64,000 nucleotides of DNA from the human T2T-CHM13v2.0 reference genome, Homo sapiens. The stretch lies in assembly GCF_009914755.1 (NCBI RefSeq), contig NC_060938.1; one strand, 5' to 3'. The notes beneath the pieces are model-generated. The model had not been told where the DNA came from and did no database searches. It was given only the letters and a program-made list of their open reading frames with translations. Below are positions 1-12,225 of this stretch, one piece after another. Each line of letters starts with the position of its first letter. Position 1 is the first letter of the stretch. The position numbers and the translations under genes were made by a program.

Positions 1-1249
1 CATAAGCCAGAATAGATTAAGACAATATCCGTATGTATGTGTTTTGTCCTGATTATCAATTTTTCCTGATTTGTAGGTACTCAGAGGTGACTATGATCCT
101 GCTTTCCTTTCTCCAATTCCATCTTGATCCTTTGGTCTTTTCTATTATGTTTCACTCATAATATATTATTGATATTTATTTCTGGCACCCTCCACCAGCC
201 CCCCTTTATTTTTCTCAATGATGCTGAGGTTTAGAATTGTTTTTTGGCTTAACTCAATGTCCCATGGTAAGTACTATTCACTCAGTTATTCATTTAAGAA
301 ATAGTAATTGAATTATGCATGCTTCTAGGTAATAGAGGTAAAAGGATAAGCAAGAAAAAAAGCACATTTTGTTGATGCTTGAAATTGAGTGTTTTTCATC
401 TATTTTTTTCCTGTTAGTTTAGTCTTTATTTTTCTTTTTAAACTTCTTAAATTGTTTCTTCTCTTACCTATTTTTCCCACCCTGCTACTTCTTTTATTCT
501 AAAATATCTTATTTATTGGTAGGAGATACTTATTCAGCTCTCTTGAAATACGTCATTTTGAAAAGAAAGAATTATATTCTCATTAATACTGCCAATAAGT
601 TAGTTAATTCCTCCAGGAATCAAACTCTTGACTTCCTGGTTTCAAAGTGCAGGAACATAGAGTTGACTTTTCTTTGAAGCCCTCTAATATTAATTTAAGG
701 CAGATGTCAAAGATGTTGCCCATCCCAACCAATCAGTCATCAGCATGGAAACTGATAGAAACTCTAGTGTTTCAATATAGTTCTGTTCAACACACACATT
801 TATTTAAAGACTAGCGATTTCTTTTCAAGATGTTTTGCCTTGCTTCCCCTTAAATTAGAATGAATATCTTTGCTTAATATTATATATGTAAATAGTTTTC
901 CATCCTCTTCCAATTTTCCCCCCATCCCCCACCATCTCACAACAATTCACATCCCAAAACAAGCATGAATGGAGACGTTAGGAGAGATTGAGGATGCAAT
1001 CTGCATCCTTAATTTGACCTTGGAGGTCTCATTTTATCTTCCGCTTCTAAACACTCAGTGTCTAAGGACACACAACGCTTTCCTACTATGTTGAGAAATT
1101 TTCATATGTATCCAAATTGTATGCATCAGCTTTTAGTTGAGTATGTCCTCCTCTGTGCGTACATAGGACCAAGCAACAGATATAAACCAATAATGAATAT
1201 GTTTTGAAGAATGACCATGGAAATTTCAACTCGAGAGGACCTGGGAAAG

Positions 1250-1440
1250 AAATCCATGGCCAAATAAGTTTAGGAAACATGATATCCTAAAATCCTCACT
1301 TGCAGATTCATAATGCATATGAAAGGTATTTATATGCATAACTTGTGTGTATAGATGTATATAGATGTTTGTGTCAGTGTAAAATATCCATTAACATCCT
1401 GCTGATCTGGTGTTTTATAGAACAAAGTTTAGAAAATAAT
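1250..1440 (-). mobile_element. hAT-Charlie (Charlie4z/4a-like) DNA transposon relic
   Basis: 'ccatggccaaataagtttaggaaac...gattcataatgcat' and 'ttaacatcctgc...gaacaaagtttagaaaa' resemble the reverse complement of the Charlie4z consensus as recalled; highly diverged. Confidence 0.5.
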
Positions 1441-1634
1441 AACTTCAGTGGCTTATACTAATACAAGTAAAGTGATGGCAAACACTCAGAAGAAGGAAAT
1501 TTTCAGAGTATGATTGGTGGCTGTGTTTATCAAATAAAAATGTGTTTAAATGAGGACTACACTATTGCATGATAAGAGGATGAAATCTGTGCCTAAACTT
1601 GGAATATATGGGAAAATGTCAAAAAGAGATATAT

Positions 1635-2170
1635 ATTTATTCAGTAAATATATAGTACTCACCTACTGTGTGTCTGGCCTTGTCAAGGCATTTGGGGTAA
1701 ATCAGAAAACAGTGCTGAGAAAGCTCTCTGCCCTTAGGCAGTTTATTTTCTAAAAGAGAGGAGACACACAACACTCTATAACCAACATGCAAATAGAATT
1801 GTATGATACCAGATGACAATTATGATGGGAAAAAAAGTAAGGAATGTAAGAGATGCTGGAGAGAGGAAAGAAATAACAATTTTATATAGGGTGGTCAGTA
1901 TACATTTCAGTGAAAAAGTGACAACTGAAGAAACATTAAAGGAGACAATGGAAAGGCAAAAGGAACAACCAATGGAAACATTTTACTGTAGGAAAGTACC
2001 TGGCATGTTGAAGGAAGAACAAGGAGTCCAATGTGAGAGAGAACAAGGCTGAGAGTGTAGAAGAGAAAATTAGAGATGTGAAGGGGGTCTGGTCATGGAA
2101 GGTTTTGTAGTCCAATATAAAACTTTTATTTTATTGAAATGAAGAAGCCATAAAAGCTCTTGATATGAAA
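1635..2170 (-). mobile_element. LINE-2 3' fragment
   Basis: 'ttattcagtaaatat...cacctactgtgtgtctggcc...ctctgccctt' is the typical antisense L2 3' end, followed by a purine-rich L2 body. Confidence 0.7.
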
Positions 2171-2201
2171 TAATGCACAATTTCAAAGGGTCACCTTGGC
2201 A

Positions 2202-2327
2202 AAGGTGCTCATACATCCTGGGTTTGTCTGGTCTGTTGTTCCCCTATTGTCCCAGGTAAACTATTAATTGTTTCCTTTAACTCTCAAAAGTGTCCTGGTT
2301 TGGATGATAAATTATATGGTCCCCCTA
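2202..2327 (-). mobile_element. MER94 (hAT-Blackjack MITE)
   Basis: 'ctctcaaaagtgtcctggtttggatgataaattatatggtccccct' matches the MER94 reverse complement; degenerate agggtgacc/ggtcaccct TIRs. Confidence 0.75.
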
Positions 2328-2442
2328 ACTTTTCCTGTTGTGTTATAAATTAACTTTGGGGGAAAAAGATTTAATGCAGATCTACAGCACTTAAGAAGCT
2401 TATACAGAAAGAACACTCATAATTACAATGGATACCAGTCTC

Positions 2443-2530
2443 TGGGTGACCAACTTGGCTTTAAAACTGAAAGTTCCACGTCTCAGAAATCCCTTCATTC
2501 CCTGGCAAAGTAAGACAATTAGTCATCCTA
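2443..2530 (+). mobile_element. MER81 (hAT-Blackjack MITE), internally deleted
   Basis: 'gggtgaccaac...actgaaagttccacgtctcagaaatccc...ggcaaag...gacaattagtcatccta'. Confidence 0.7.
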
Positions 2531-2766
2531 AAAATGTTGACAAAGAAAAATGTTATACATGAAGCAAAGTGTAGATATGAGATCAGAAAATATAAACTTA
2601 CTTTTTTTCTTTTAAAATTCTTAGGCAGAAAGTGCTCTATCAATATTATTTGGTTGTAAAGATGTTTCCACCAATTAAGAAAACACTTATCAAAATGGGT
2701 AGTTAAGGTGACTTTGAAGTTCCATTATAATAAGGAGATATAGTGGTTGAATATTTAATAGTTGGG

Positions 2767-3074
2767 TTTTTGTTTGTTTGTTTGTTTGTTTTTTGTCAGA
2801 GTCTTGTTCTGTCGCCCAGGTTGGAGTGCAATGGTGCTGTCTTGGCTCACTGCAACCTCCACCCCCTGGGTTCAAGTAATTCTCCTGCCTCAGCCTCCTG
2901 AGTAGCTGGGATTAGAGGCACATGCCACCATGCCTGGCTAAGTTTTGTATTTTTAGTAGAGACAAGGTTTCACCATATTGGCTAGGCTGGTCTCGAACAC
3001 CTGACTTGAACTGATCCACCCGCCTTGGTCTCCCAAAGTGCTGAGATTACAAGTGTGAACCACTGTGCCTGGCC
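2767..3074 (-). mobile_element. AluS SINE
   Basis: Complete dimeric Alu in antisense with a (TTTG)n tail; partial TSD ttaatag at 2755-2761 and 3075-3081. Confidence 0.95.
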
Positions 3075-3590
3075 TTAATAGGTTCTTAAAGTTAGGATTG
3101 TTGCTTTTGTTTCTTTACAAAAGAAACTAGTAATAAATGACTAGTAATAAATGATCGTAGGACATTTTGGACTGATAGAAAATAAAGGTATTATGAGAAT
3201 AGTCCTAACTTCTAAGGTGGACAGAAAGAACACTTGCAAACAAGTATACTTTTCCATTAAACAACATTTGCAAGCAAGATTTTCAAACAAATACTGTATT
3301 TCGAGATAACTTTTCCAATGTTATCATGAACAACACTTAGGATGTATGAAGGCAAATATTGAGTAAATTTCTTATTTCTCTCCCTTTTTAAGGGCAGTCA
3401 ATATATTAGAAGAAATATTTTTTTGTCACAAAGACACCTTTTGAAAAGATTTTATAACCTTAGGAAAGTCTTGTGAAAATTTACTAAGAAATTCTTTTGA
3501 CTTAGTTTAGGTGAAGAAGTTGTCTAATACTGTCTTGGTCCCAATATCTAAGAGATATATTCTGCTGATTTCTGACATTTCATTAAAAGA

Positions 3591-3628
3591 AATGGCAAAA
3601 ATTGCAATTACTTTTATACCAACCTAAT
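3591..3628. mobile_element. Half MADE1 (Hsmar1 mariner MITE, one TIR arm)
   Basis: 'aatggcaaaaattgcaattacttttataccaacctaata' matches one MADE1 arm and ends at TA. Confidence 0.8.
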
Positions 3629-4049
3629 AATCTAAAACCGTTTGCAATAGAATTGTTTTAAACCTAGAAAAACTGTGGATGAGGGTTTATCCACTATTCT
3701 AATCAAATACAAATTTTACCCAATGGTATAAGCCATATTCCAACTACCATAAAACAAATTTAAAATATCATTACTTAAGTGAAAATTAGAAGTTCATTGA
3801 GAAAAAAAAGCAATATTTTTCCACACTAAAGCAAAACAAATACATCTTTGTTTCTTCAAATTGCATCATTTTCTCAACTGACATTTTTCTCAATAGATAC
3901 AGATTAAACCATGCTGCCAGGCTTTAGCCTTTGAGTCATTCATAAATCTTCCTAAATGACTTTAGGATTCATTATCTTACCCCATTTCTACCACTAATTG
4001 ATTTAAATGAAATATTTGCCATTTAAGGCACAGATGTCACTGCAAGAAC

Positions 4050-4620
4050 AGGTTTCCCTGCTTCCAGCTCCTCATCCAATTTCTATCACATTGAATGGTA
4101 AACCTAATCTTTCTAATGCACTTTGAGCTTATCATGTAATGTCTGGAAAACTTGTGGATGGTTTTCGTCCTTCTGTACAAATTAGGACTCTTCCTAAAAC
4201 CTCATCTTTAGTCTCATTACTCTTCAGGACAAGATTTCCAATCTAGTAAGATTAGTCTCCATATTCTTCTTCCTAATTCCTTTTGTTTAATTCCCTCTAC
4301 TGTCAAGCGTTTTTAGTTTAATCCTGTCTAGAAAATATAAATAGTTTAATGTACTGCTCAGACACTAAGATTTTCTCCTCATCTATGTTTGCCATTATAG
4401 ACTTCTCCCTTCACTTAAAATGTATAATTGGACTCATAGACATCCAGTTATTATTCTCTTTTTGTTTAATATAGTGTAACTAGTCCCCCCAAATTAGTAT
4501 TTATATGCCTTAAATGCAAAAAAAGCTAGGTCTTATATTTTTCTTGTCATAGTTTGCATACCTAGAACACTGTTGGACATATAACCAAGTCAGTCATGTA
4601 CTTATTAATTTATTGACTAA
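4050..4620 (+). mobile_element. LINE-2 3' fragments
   Basis: Pyrimidine-rich L2 body and terminal 'cctagaacactgttggacatata...ttattgactaa'. Confidence 0.5.
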
Positions 4621-5029
4621 TATCTGAAGCTGTTTCCAAACCATAGGTAAGAGTATGAATTTTAGAGAAAACTCTAAAACTCAGTAACTCTTCTGTTAGA
4701 CCGACTGAAATGAACTGAAGGTCAAGATTTAGAGCCTTAGCTAAATTAGACAAGATGCTAAATGTTCACACATTTTTATCAGTCACCACTTGAGAGCTTT
4801 AGGAAGAATTTTGTTTGTTTCTTGGATTTTTATGTGTTGCATTTATTTCTGTGACTTCAGAAAGTGTCACTCTATGGATCTGTCTTCTAAGTTTAGGAAT
4901 GAGAAGTAACAGTTTTTACATATAAAGCTATATTGAATATTAGGGATCAAACAGTGAATGCATCACATGGTATGTAATTGGAATTCCCAAATAGAAAAGA
5001 AGATAAAATTGTGTTCGTAATAATTTTTA

Positions 5030-5850
5030 AAACTCAACAACAAATTTAAAAAATACTTTAAAAATTAAAAAATGAACTTAAAATTGAAAAAAATAACATT
5101 TATCATACAAAATATTTCAAATGCTCTAATAATCATAAAATAAATAACAATAGAGAATTAGTCAAAAGAATTAGACTGGCATGTCATAAAAGTAAATATA
5201 TTTAGCTAATAAACACTTGAAAATATACAAAACCTCACCTATGGTTGAAACAATGAAATATTACCTTTTGCATAAAAAATAAAGATTGAAAAACTTGATA
5301 ATTGAACTGCTATCAGAGTTTTGGGGAAATGCTCTTTCCCACATCACTGGTAGTAGTAGTAATGGGCATCATTGGCAGATTTTTCATAAGCCAATTTAGA
5401 AATAGCTTCAGATTTCTGAATATACACTCATCGTTCATCAATTCCCTTTCTAAGAATTAATCCCTATGTTTTAAACATGCATGCAAGTAGTATGTATATA
5501 CATATATATATATACTTTTTTTATAGTGGAATAATAAAACGGAATATGAAAATAAATTATTAAAACAGTATAGTAAACCTATTTGTGCTGATATGTTCAT
5601 AATATCTCCATTTCTTTAAAATATATGTATATATGAGTATTTGTGTGTGTGCATGTGTGCATGCTCATGGGTATGAACAGAAGCTTTCTGAGAGGATATG
5701 TCAGACACTATTATCCTTAGTCTACTCTGGAAATTGGAACCAGATGTCTTGTATAGCAGGAAGATTAACTTTTCAGCATATATCATTTGTAATCTTTGCA
5801 GTTTTAATCATATGAATGTATTATTTTATAATTATAAACTAATTGACTTA
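5030..5850 (+). mobile_element. Ancient L1M (L1ME-like) ORF2 end/3' UTR
   Basis: Degenerate L1 motifs 'aaactcaacaac', 'gctaataaacac', 'catcactggtagtag', 'aattccctttctaagaatt'. Confidence 0.6.
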
Positions 5851-6899
5851 CTACCTTATATTTATACCATCGATTATCTTTTGTATATTTTATATTGGAA
5901 GTTAAATGTGTATTTATGTGTGAATATGTGTTTGTATGTGTACCAATGTATATGTGTGTGTGTATACATATGCACACCCACTGTACAAGTGTACATTTAT
6001 ATCTATATTTTGTATTAAAAAGATTACAAAGAACAAAATGAAGCAAATTCTTCAATAGGGGAAAAACCTAGTCTATATAATCCTGTACCTAATTCAATTT
6101 AACCAACAAAAGGGGACCAAAGAGATTTTGGTTAGTTCATGTTCACTTAGAGAATAAATTAAAACTGGTATTGAGACCAAACTCTGCAGGTCATGTATCA
6201 GTCTAAGGCTATTTCCATGTTTTTCTCTATTAATAAATTTATATTTTTATTTATATAAGGCATTTTTATATTTTAATTATTATGTAACTCTTTGTTAGCT
6301 TTGCTGTTTCAACAAGAATTTCCCATTTGCTATTTTTCTTAAATATTTCCAATTGATTGCAATGCATTTCTAATTAAATTTCTTTTTTTTGTTGTTGTTC
6401 TTATTGGTTTTTATCCTCTTTTCTTTCCACACGAATGAAGTTTTAAGACATTTTTTTCTTTGGCCTTATTTTGCTTTGTTAAAGTTCAAAAGTTAGTAAG
6501 ATAACTTTAACTTTGCATTTTCATTACTTTTTACATTTTTTATCCCACATGTGTTTTCACTATGGTTGGTTTTTATTGGTACCAATATGAATTATGACAT
6601 GGAAAATTTGCTTGGGAAATATCAGAACTGCTATTTTCTACGTTCCCTCTGGAAAAATGTTAAAGATGGCATACTGATTTTATAATATCAATTTATTTAT
6701 AGAAATTGCATCAGAGATTTCATTGACTTAAAGTCTAAGAATTTATCGAAGAAAGCAAAAATAGGTTTTATGTAAATAAATGAGTAAGTGTTATAATATT
6801 TGTAAGAAAGCTTTGGAATACCAAGACTAAATTGTAAACATTTTAATGTTCCTTAGGTCATTGTTTTTCAACTTTCAGGAATGTATTTATAGAGGCAGT

Positions 6900-7350
6900 A
6901 GAATAAAAATTGCTGCAAATTATTTGCTTTTCCTCTCATTAAGAAGTGGGAATTCTCTTTCTTATATATCTGGACTAGCCCTAGTCACTTGTTTGACAAA
7001 TAGAAGGCTGTAAACTTCCAAGGTTTGGAGAGTTCCAAGGTTAAGTCCTTAGAGCCTTCCAGAGTCCCCCTGGCTTCCTGGAATGTTAGCCTGAAGTGGG
7101 AAGCATAGTAAAACAGATACCAAGTAAGAAGCCTGACTAAGTTGAGATCACTTAAGTCTATCTTGGGATGCCCATGCTATGAAGAAATTCAGGCTAGATA
7201 TGTGAAAGGGCTCCATGGAAACAATACACGGCCAGTCCCAGATGTTCCATCCAACTAGTTAGGCATCAGACATGTGAATGTGGAAGCCATGCTTAAGATT
7301 TCATCCCCGGAAGAAAATGTGATGTTAAGAAGAAACAAGTCAGCTGACTG
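6900..7350 (+). mobile_element. MLT1G/H-type MaLR LTR fragment
   Basis: 'ctggactagccctagtcacttgtttgacaaataga', 'atgctatgaagaaattcaggctag', 'catcagacatgtgaatg...agccat'. Confidence 0.65.
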
Positions 7351-7396
7351 TCAGCTAGAATTGAGGTTTTCTATAAACATCCATAAAAAAGTAATT

Positions 7397-7725
7397 ATTA
7401 TGGTTTGACTATTTCTGCCCATTTCCAAATTAGTATGTTAAAATTTAATCTCAATGCAATAATATTAAGACATGAGAACTTTAGGAGTTGATTAGTTCAT
7501 GACAGTGAAACCCTGATGAATGGGATTAGTGACCTTCTAAAAGAAGCTCAAGGGAGCTTGTTCATGTTGAAGATAGAGTAAGAAGGCACCATATATGAGG
7601 AATGGGGCCATCATCAGACACAAAATCTCTTGGTGCCATGATTTTAAACCTCTCAGTATCCAGTACTATGAGCAATACATTTATTATCAGTCTATGGTAT
7701 TTTGTTATAGCAGCCCTAACAAAGT
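7397..7725 (+). mobile_element. MLT1A-type MaLR solo LTR
   Basis: 'tatggtttga...gatgaatgggattagtg...gaaggcaccat...gtctatggtattttgttatagcagcc'. Confidence 0.8.
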
Positions 7726-8720
7726 CAATAGTCAATAGTCCATAGTTCAGAACAAAAACTGAATGCTTTTATTCAGAGTGCGTGCAGAAATGTGAGAGAC
7801 TCAAGGGGAACTTTCTCCACTGGTACACTGGTACAAGTGACTACATGGGTTAAAATTTCACACATGTAATTGAAAAGGAAGAAGGAAAAATGAATGAATA
7901 TCTAAATTATTAGCTATTTAGGCTGGAAGCCAATAGTTACTCATCCTACTGTCAAATACAATTTATGTGAGCTTTGAGAAGTCATTAAAATTCTGTCATT
8001 TTCTATATGTGACTTCTGGTAAATCATCTGAGTTTTTCTAGTATGTATGCAAAATGAGGTTTATCATTAAAAAGATTCATTTTTATCTCTTAATAATATC
8101 ACTGCTCTATTGGGGTAGGAGAATAGCAAAATTTAAACAAAATTTAAAAAGAGTAATTACTTATTTTAGAAATTTATTCATGGCATGAACAGATATCATG
8201 TCCCAGATTGCTGAGAAGCTAATTAAACCAGTACTTCAGGACCAATATTCTTAGAAAAAAAAGCAAGAATCTGGCTATTAGCAAAAATTGTCTATCTGGT
8301 ATCACTGCTGGATATTTCATAATATTAATAGCATTTAATTTGAAAAAATAGTTTCAATTTAAAATGAGATTATAAATGTTCCATTTTATATAGTTGAATT
8401 AAATTACCATTAGGCAGATGACTCAATTTTCCATGTATGCACATATGTGATGGAGAAGTGTTAAACATTTATTGCTGTCTATAACACTGGAAAACAGGAT
8501 ACAAGAAAATTTTGTCATTTAAAGTTATCAATAGATTTATGACTTGTGGCATAGACTGGGCAAGGCTCATGAAATCAGAGTACTGGATGGGTACTTGTGG
8601 AGTACTCTTCATTTAACTCATTAAGCCTGGTATTCTTTTTTAAAATGTATTTATATTTGAATGCAACTCTATACAGTACCTTATTTTCTCAGAAATGATG
8701 GCAAATAATATATCTGTGAC

Positions 8721-9062
8721 TATTTGTTCAGTAGGGATGAAAGCTTTAAATGGTGAAATTACCAACTCATAGATACTATGTATTTTTAGTGAAGGGATAT
8801 GTAGTGACTAAAGTTTAGTGACTTTGAAGGGAAAAGATTCTCATATAATTTCTGGGGAAAAACTGATTTTAAAAAATAATGAATATACCTATCATATTTG
8901 TTCAGTGGGGATGAAAGTTAAAATGGTGAAATTACCAACTCATAGACACTATGTCTTTTCAGTGAAGAGATACGCAGTGACTAAAGTTTAGTGACTTTGA
9001 AGGGAAAAGATTCTCATATAATTTCTGGGGAAAAAATTGATTAAAAAAATAACGAATATACA
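8721..9062. repeat. Two-copy tandem duplication, 174-bp period
   Basis: Copies start 'tatttgttcagt' at 8721 and 8895; about 90% identical by eye. Confidence 0.95.
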
Positions 9063-9184
9063 ACTATGATTTCAACTGACATACTATACAACTGAGATAC
9101 TAGTGGATCTCACAGTGTATTTGGGATCATAAAGAGCCTGAACTTAATTTTTCAGAGCAAAATTATTAAACTTTGTCTTGTTAC

Positions 9185-9913
9185 TATTATCTAAAAGTCA
9201 AAAGATAACAAATACTAGTAAGAATATAGAGAAAAAGAAACTCTCATATATTGTTGGTGGGAATTAGCACAGGCACTAGGGAAAACAGCATGGAGGTTCC
9301 TCGGAAGATTAAATATAAAACTACCATATGATCCAGCACTCCTACTACTGGGAATACAGCAAAAAAAAAAAAAAAGAAATCAGTATTTCTTTTGTATGTC
9401 AAAAAGATATGTGTACTTCCATGTTGATTGCAGCAGTGTTTGCAATGGTCAAGATATGGAATCAACCAAAGTGTCCATCAATGGATGAGTGGAGAAAGAA
9501 AATGTGGAATGTATACACAATGAAGTACCATGTAGCCATAAAAAAGAATGAAATTCTATCGTTTGCAGCAACATGGATGAACCAGGAGGACATCATGTTA
9601 AGTGAAGTAAGCCAGGCACAGAAAGGCAACTACCACAAGATATCACTCAGTGGAATCTTAAAAAGCTGATCTCACAGAAGTAGTCAGTAGAATAGTGGTT
9701 ACCAGAGGCTGGGGAAGGGAGGAGGAAAAGGGGTTAGAACAGGTTGTTTATAGGCACAGGGTCATAAATTAGGAGGAATAAGTTCTGGGGTGCTATTGTA
9801 CAGAAGAGTGATATAGTTAACAATTTTATATGGTATATTTCAAAACAGCTAGAGGAGGGGATTTTATTGTTCTCATCATGAAGAATGAATATCTGTGATA
9901 ATGGAAGTGTTAA
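9185..9913 (+). mobile_element. L1MA (about L1MA5-7) 3' end, left part, split by THE1
   Basis: Decayed ORF2 C-terminus (KIWNQPKCPSMDEWRKKMW...NEILSFAATWM) plus 3' UTR; continues at 12127-12225. Confidence 0.9.
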
Positions 9914-12126
9914 TGTATTAGTCCATTTTCACACTGCTGATAAAGACGTACCCAAGACTAGGCAATCTACAAAAGAAAGAGGTTTAATGGGGAGGCCTCA
10001 CAATCATAGAGAAAAGTGAAAAGCATGTCTCATGTGGTGGCAGACAAGAGAAGAGAGCTTGTGCAGGGAAATTCCCCTTAATAAAACCATCAGATTTCAT
10101 GAGACTTATTCACTATAATGAGAAAGGCACAGAAAAGACTCACCCCCATGACTCAATTACCTCCCTTCAGGTCCCTCCCACAACACATGAAAATTGTGGG
10201 AGTTACAGTTCAAGATGAGTTTTCAGTAGGGACACAGCCAAACCATGTTATTCTGTCCCTGGCCCCTCTCAAATCTCATGTCCTCACATTTCAAAGCCAA
10301 TCATGTCTTCCCAACAGTCCCCAAAAGTCTTAACTCATTTCATCATTAACTCAAAAGTCCACAGTCTAAAGTCTCATCTGAGACAAGGCATGTCCTTTCC
10401 ACCTATGAGCCTGTAAAATCAAAAGCAAGTTAATTACTTCCTAGATACAATGGGGATAGAGGCATTGGGTAAATACAGGCTTTCCAAATGGGATAAATTG
10501 TCCAAAACAGAGGGGCTACAGGCCCCTTACAAGTCCAAAAATCCAATGGGGCAGTCAAATCTTAAAGCTCCAAAATGATCCCCTTGGACTCCATGTCTCA
10601 CATCCAGGTCATGCTAATGCACTGTGGCTTTGCAGGTTATAGACCCCTTCCCGGCTGCTTTCACAGGCTGGGATTGAGTGTCTGTGCTTTTCCAGATGCA
10701 CAGTGTAAGCTGTGTATCGATCTACCACTCTGGTTCTGTAGGACAATGACCTTCTTCTCACAGCTCCACTAGGCAGTGCCCCAGTAGGGACTGTGTGTGG
10801 GGGCTCACATTCCATATTTCCCTTTCACACTGCCCTAGCAGAGGTTCTCCATGAGGGCCCTGCCCCTGCAGCAAACTTCTGCCTGCTCATCCAAGAGTTT
10901 CCATGCATCCTTTGAAATCTAGGTAGAGGTTCCCAAACCTTAATTCTTGACTTCTGTGCAGCCACAGGCTCAACACCATGTGGAAGCTGCCAAGGTTTTG
11001 GGCTTGCACCCTCTGAAGCCATGGACTGAGTAGTACCTTGGCCCCTTTTAGTTATGACTGGGATGCAGAGCACCAAATCCCTAAACTGCACACAGCAGAA
11101 GGACTCTGGTACCAGCCCACAAAACCATTTTTTCCTCCTAGGCCTCTGAATCTGTTATGGGAGGGGCTGTGACAAAGGTCTCTGACATGCCCTGGAGACA
11201 TATTCCCCATTGTCTTGAGGATTAACATTGGGCTTCTTGTTACTTATGCAAATTTCTGCAGCTGGCTTGAATTTTTCCTTAGAAAATGGGATTTTCTTTT
11301 CTATTGCATTGTCAGGTGCAAATTCTCCAAACTTTTATTTTACGTTCTATTTCCCTTTTAAAAGTGAATGCCTTTAACAGCATCCAAGTCACCTCTTGCT
11401 TGCTTTACTGATTGGAAATTTCTTCCGCCAGATACCCTAAATCATATCTTTCTAGTTCAAAGTTCTCAAATCTTTAGGGCAGTGACAAAATGCCACCAGT
11501 CTCTTTGCTAAAACATAACAAGAGTCAGCTTTGCTTCAGTTCCCAACAAGTTCCTCATCTTTGAGACCACTTCAGCTTGAATTTCATTGTCCAAATCATT
11601 ATCAGCATATTGGTCAAAGCCATTCAGCAAGTCTCCAGGGAGTTCCAAACTCCCACATTTTCCTGTCTTCTTCTGAGCCCTGCAAACTGTTCCAACCTCT
11701 GCCTATTACCCAGTTCCAAAGTCAGTTGCACATTTTCGGGTATCTTTTCAGCAGAGCCCCACTCTACTGGTACCAATTTACTGTATTAGTCTGTTTTCAT
11801 GCTGCTGATAAAGACATACCTGAGACTGGGCAATTTACAGAAGAAAGAGGTTTAATGGACTCACAGTTCCACATGGCTGGGGAGGCCTCACAATCATGGC
11901 AGAAGGGGAAAGGCACATCTCACATGGTGGCAGACAAGAGAAGAGAGCTGGTGCAGGGAATCTCCCCTTTATAAAACTATCAGATCTTGTGAGACTTATT
12001 CACCATCACAAGAATAACATGGGAAAGTCCCATCCCCATGATTCAATTACTTCCCACAACATGTAGAAATCGTGGGAGCTACAATTCAAGATGAGATTTG
12101 AGTGGGGACACCACCAAACCATATCA
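9914..12126 (-). mobile_element. Full-length THE1 (THE1A/B) MaLR provirus: LTR-internal-LTR
   Basis: LTRs at 9914-~10250 and 11782-12126 (tgtattagt...ccaaaccat), ~1.5-kb THE1-int between them, perfect 5-bp TSD GTTAA at 9909-9913 and 12127-12131. Confidence 0.97.
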
Positions 12127-12225
12127 GTTAAAGACCCTGATTTGATTATTACACAATGTAAAGATAAAAATGCTCTCATAACCCATAAATATGTACAAGT
12201 ATTATAATTAAAATTTGCCTTGTTA
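12127..12225 (+). mobile_element. L1MA 3' UTR, right part
   Basis: 'ccctgatttgattattacacaatgta...cccataaatatgtacaa' resumes the L1MA 3' UTR after the THE1. Confidence 0.85.

Noticed and set aside
3591-3628. miR-548-type hairpin or SETMAR site
   Set aside because: Only one MADE1 arm is present, so no hairpin can form, and the TIR core has four substitutions.
5633-6055. Overlapping ORFs of 60-106 aa
   Set aside because: Low-complexity (TG/TA)n and old L1 sequence giving C/V/Y/I-rich nonsense peptides.
8721-9062. Alpha satellite or CRISPR-like array
   Set aside because: Only two copies, no alphoid similarity or CENP-B box, no repeat-spacer structure, and the context is eukaryotic.
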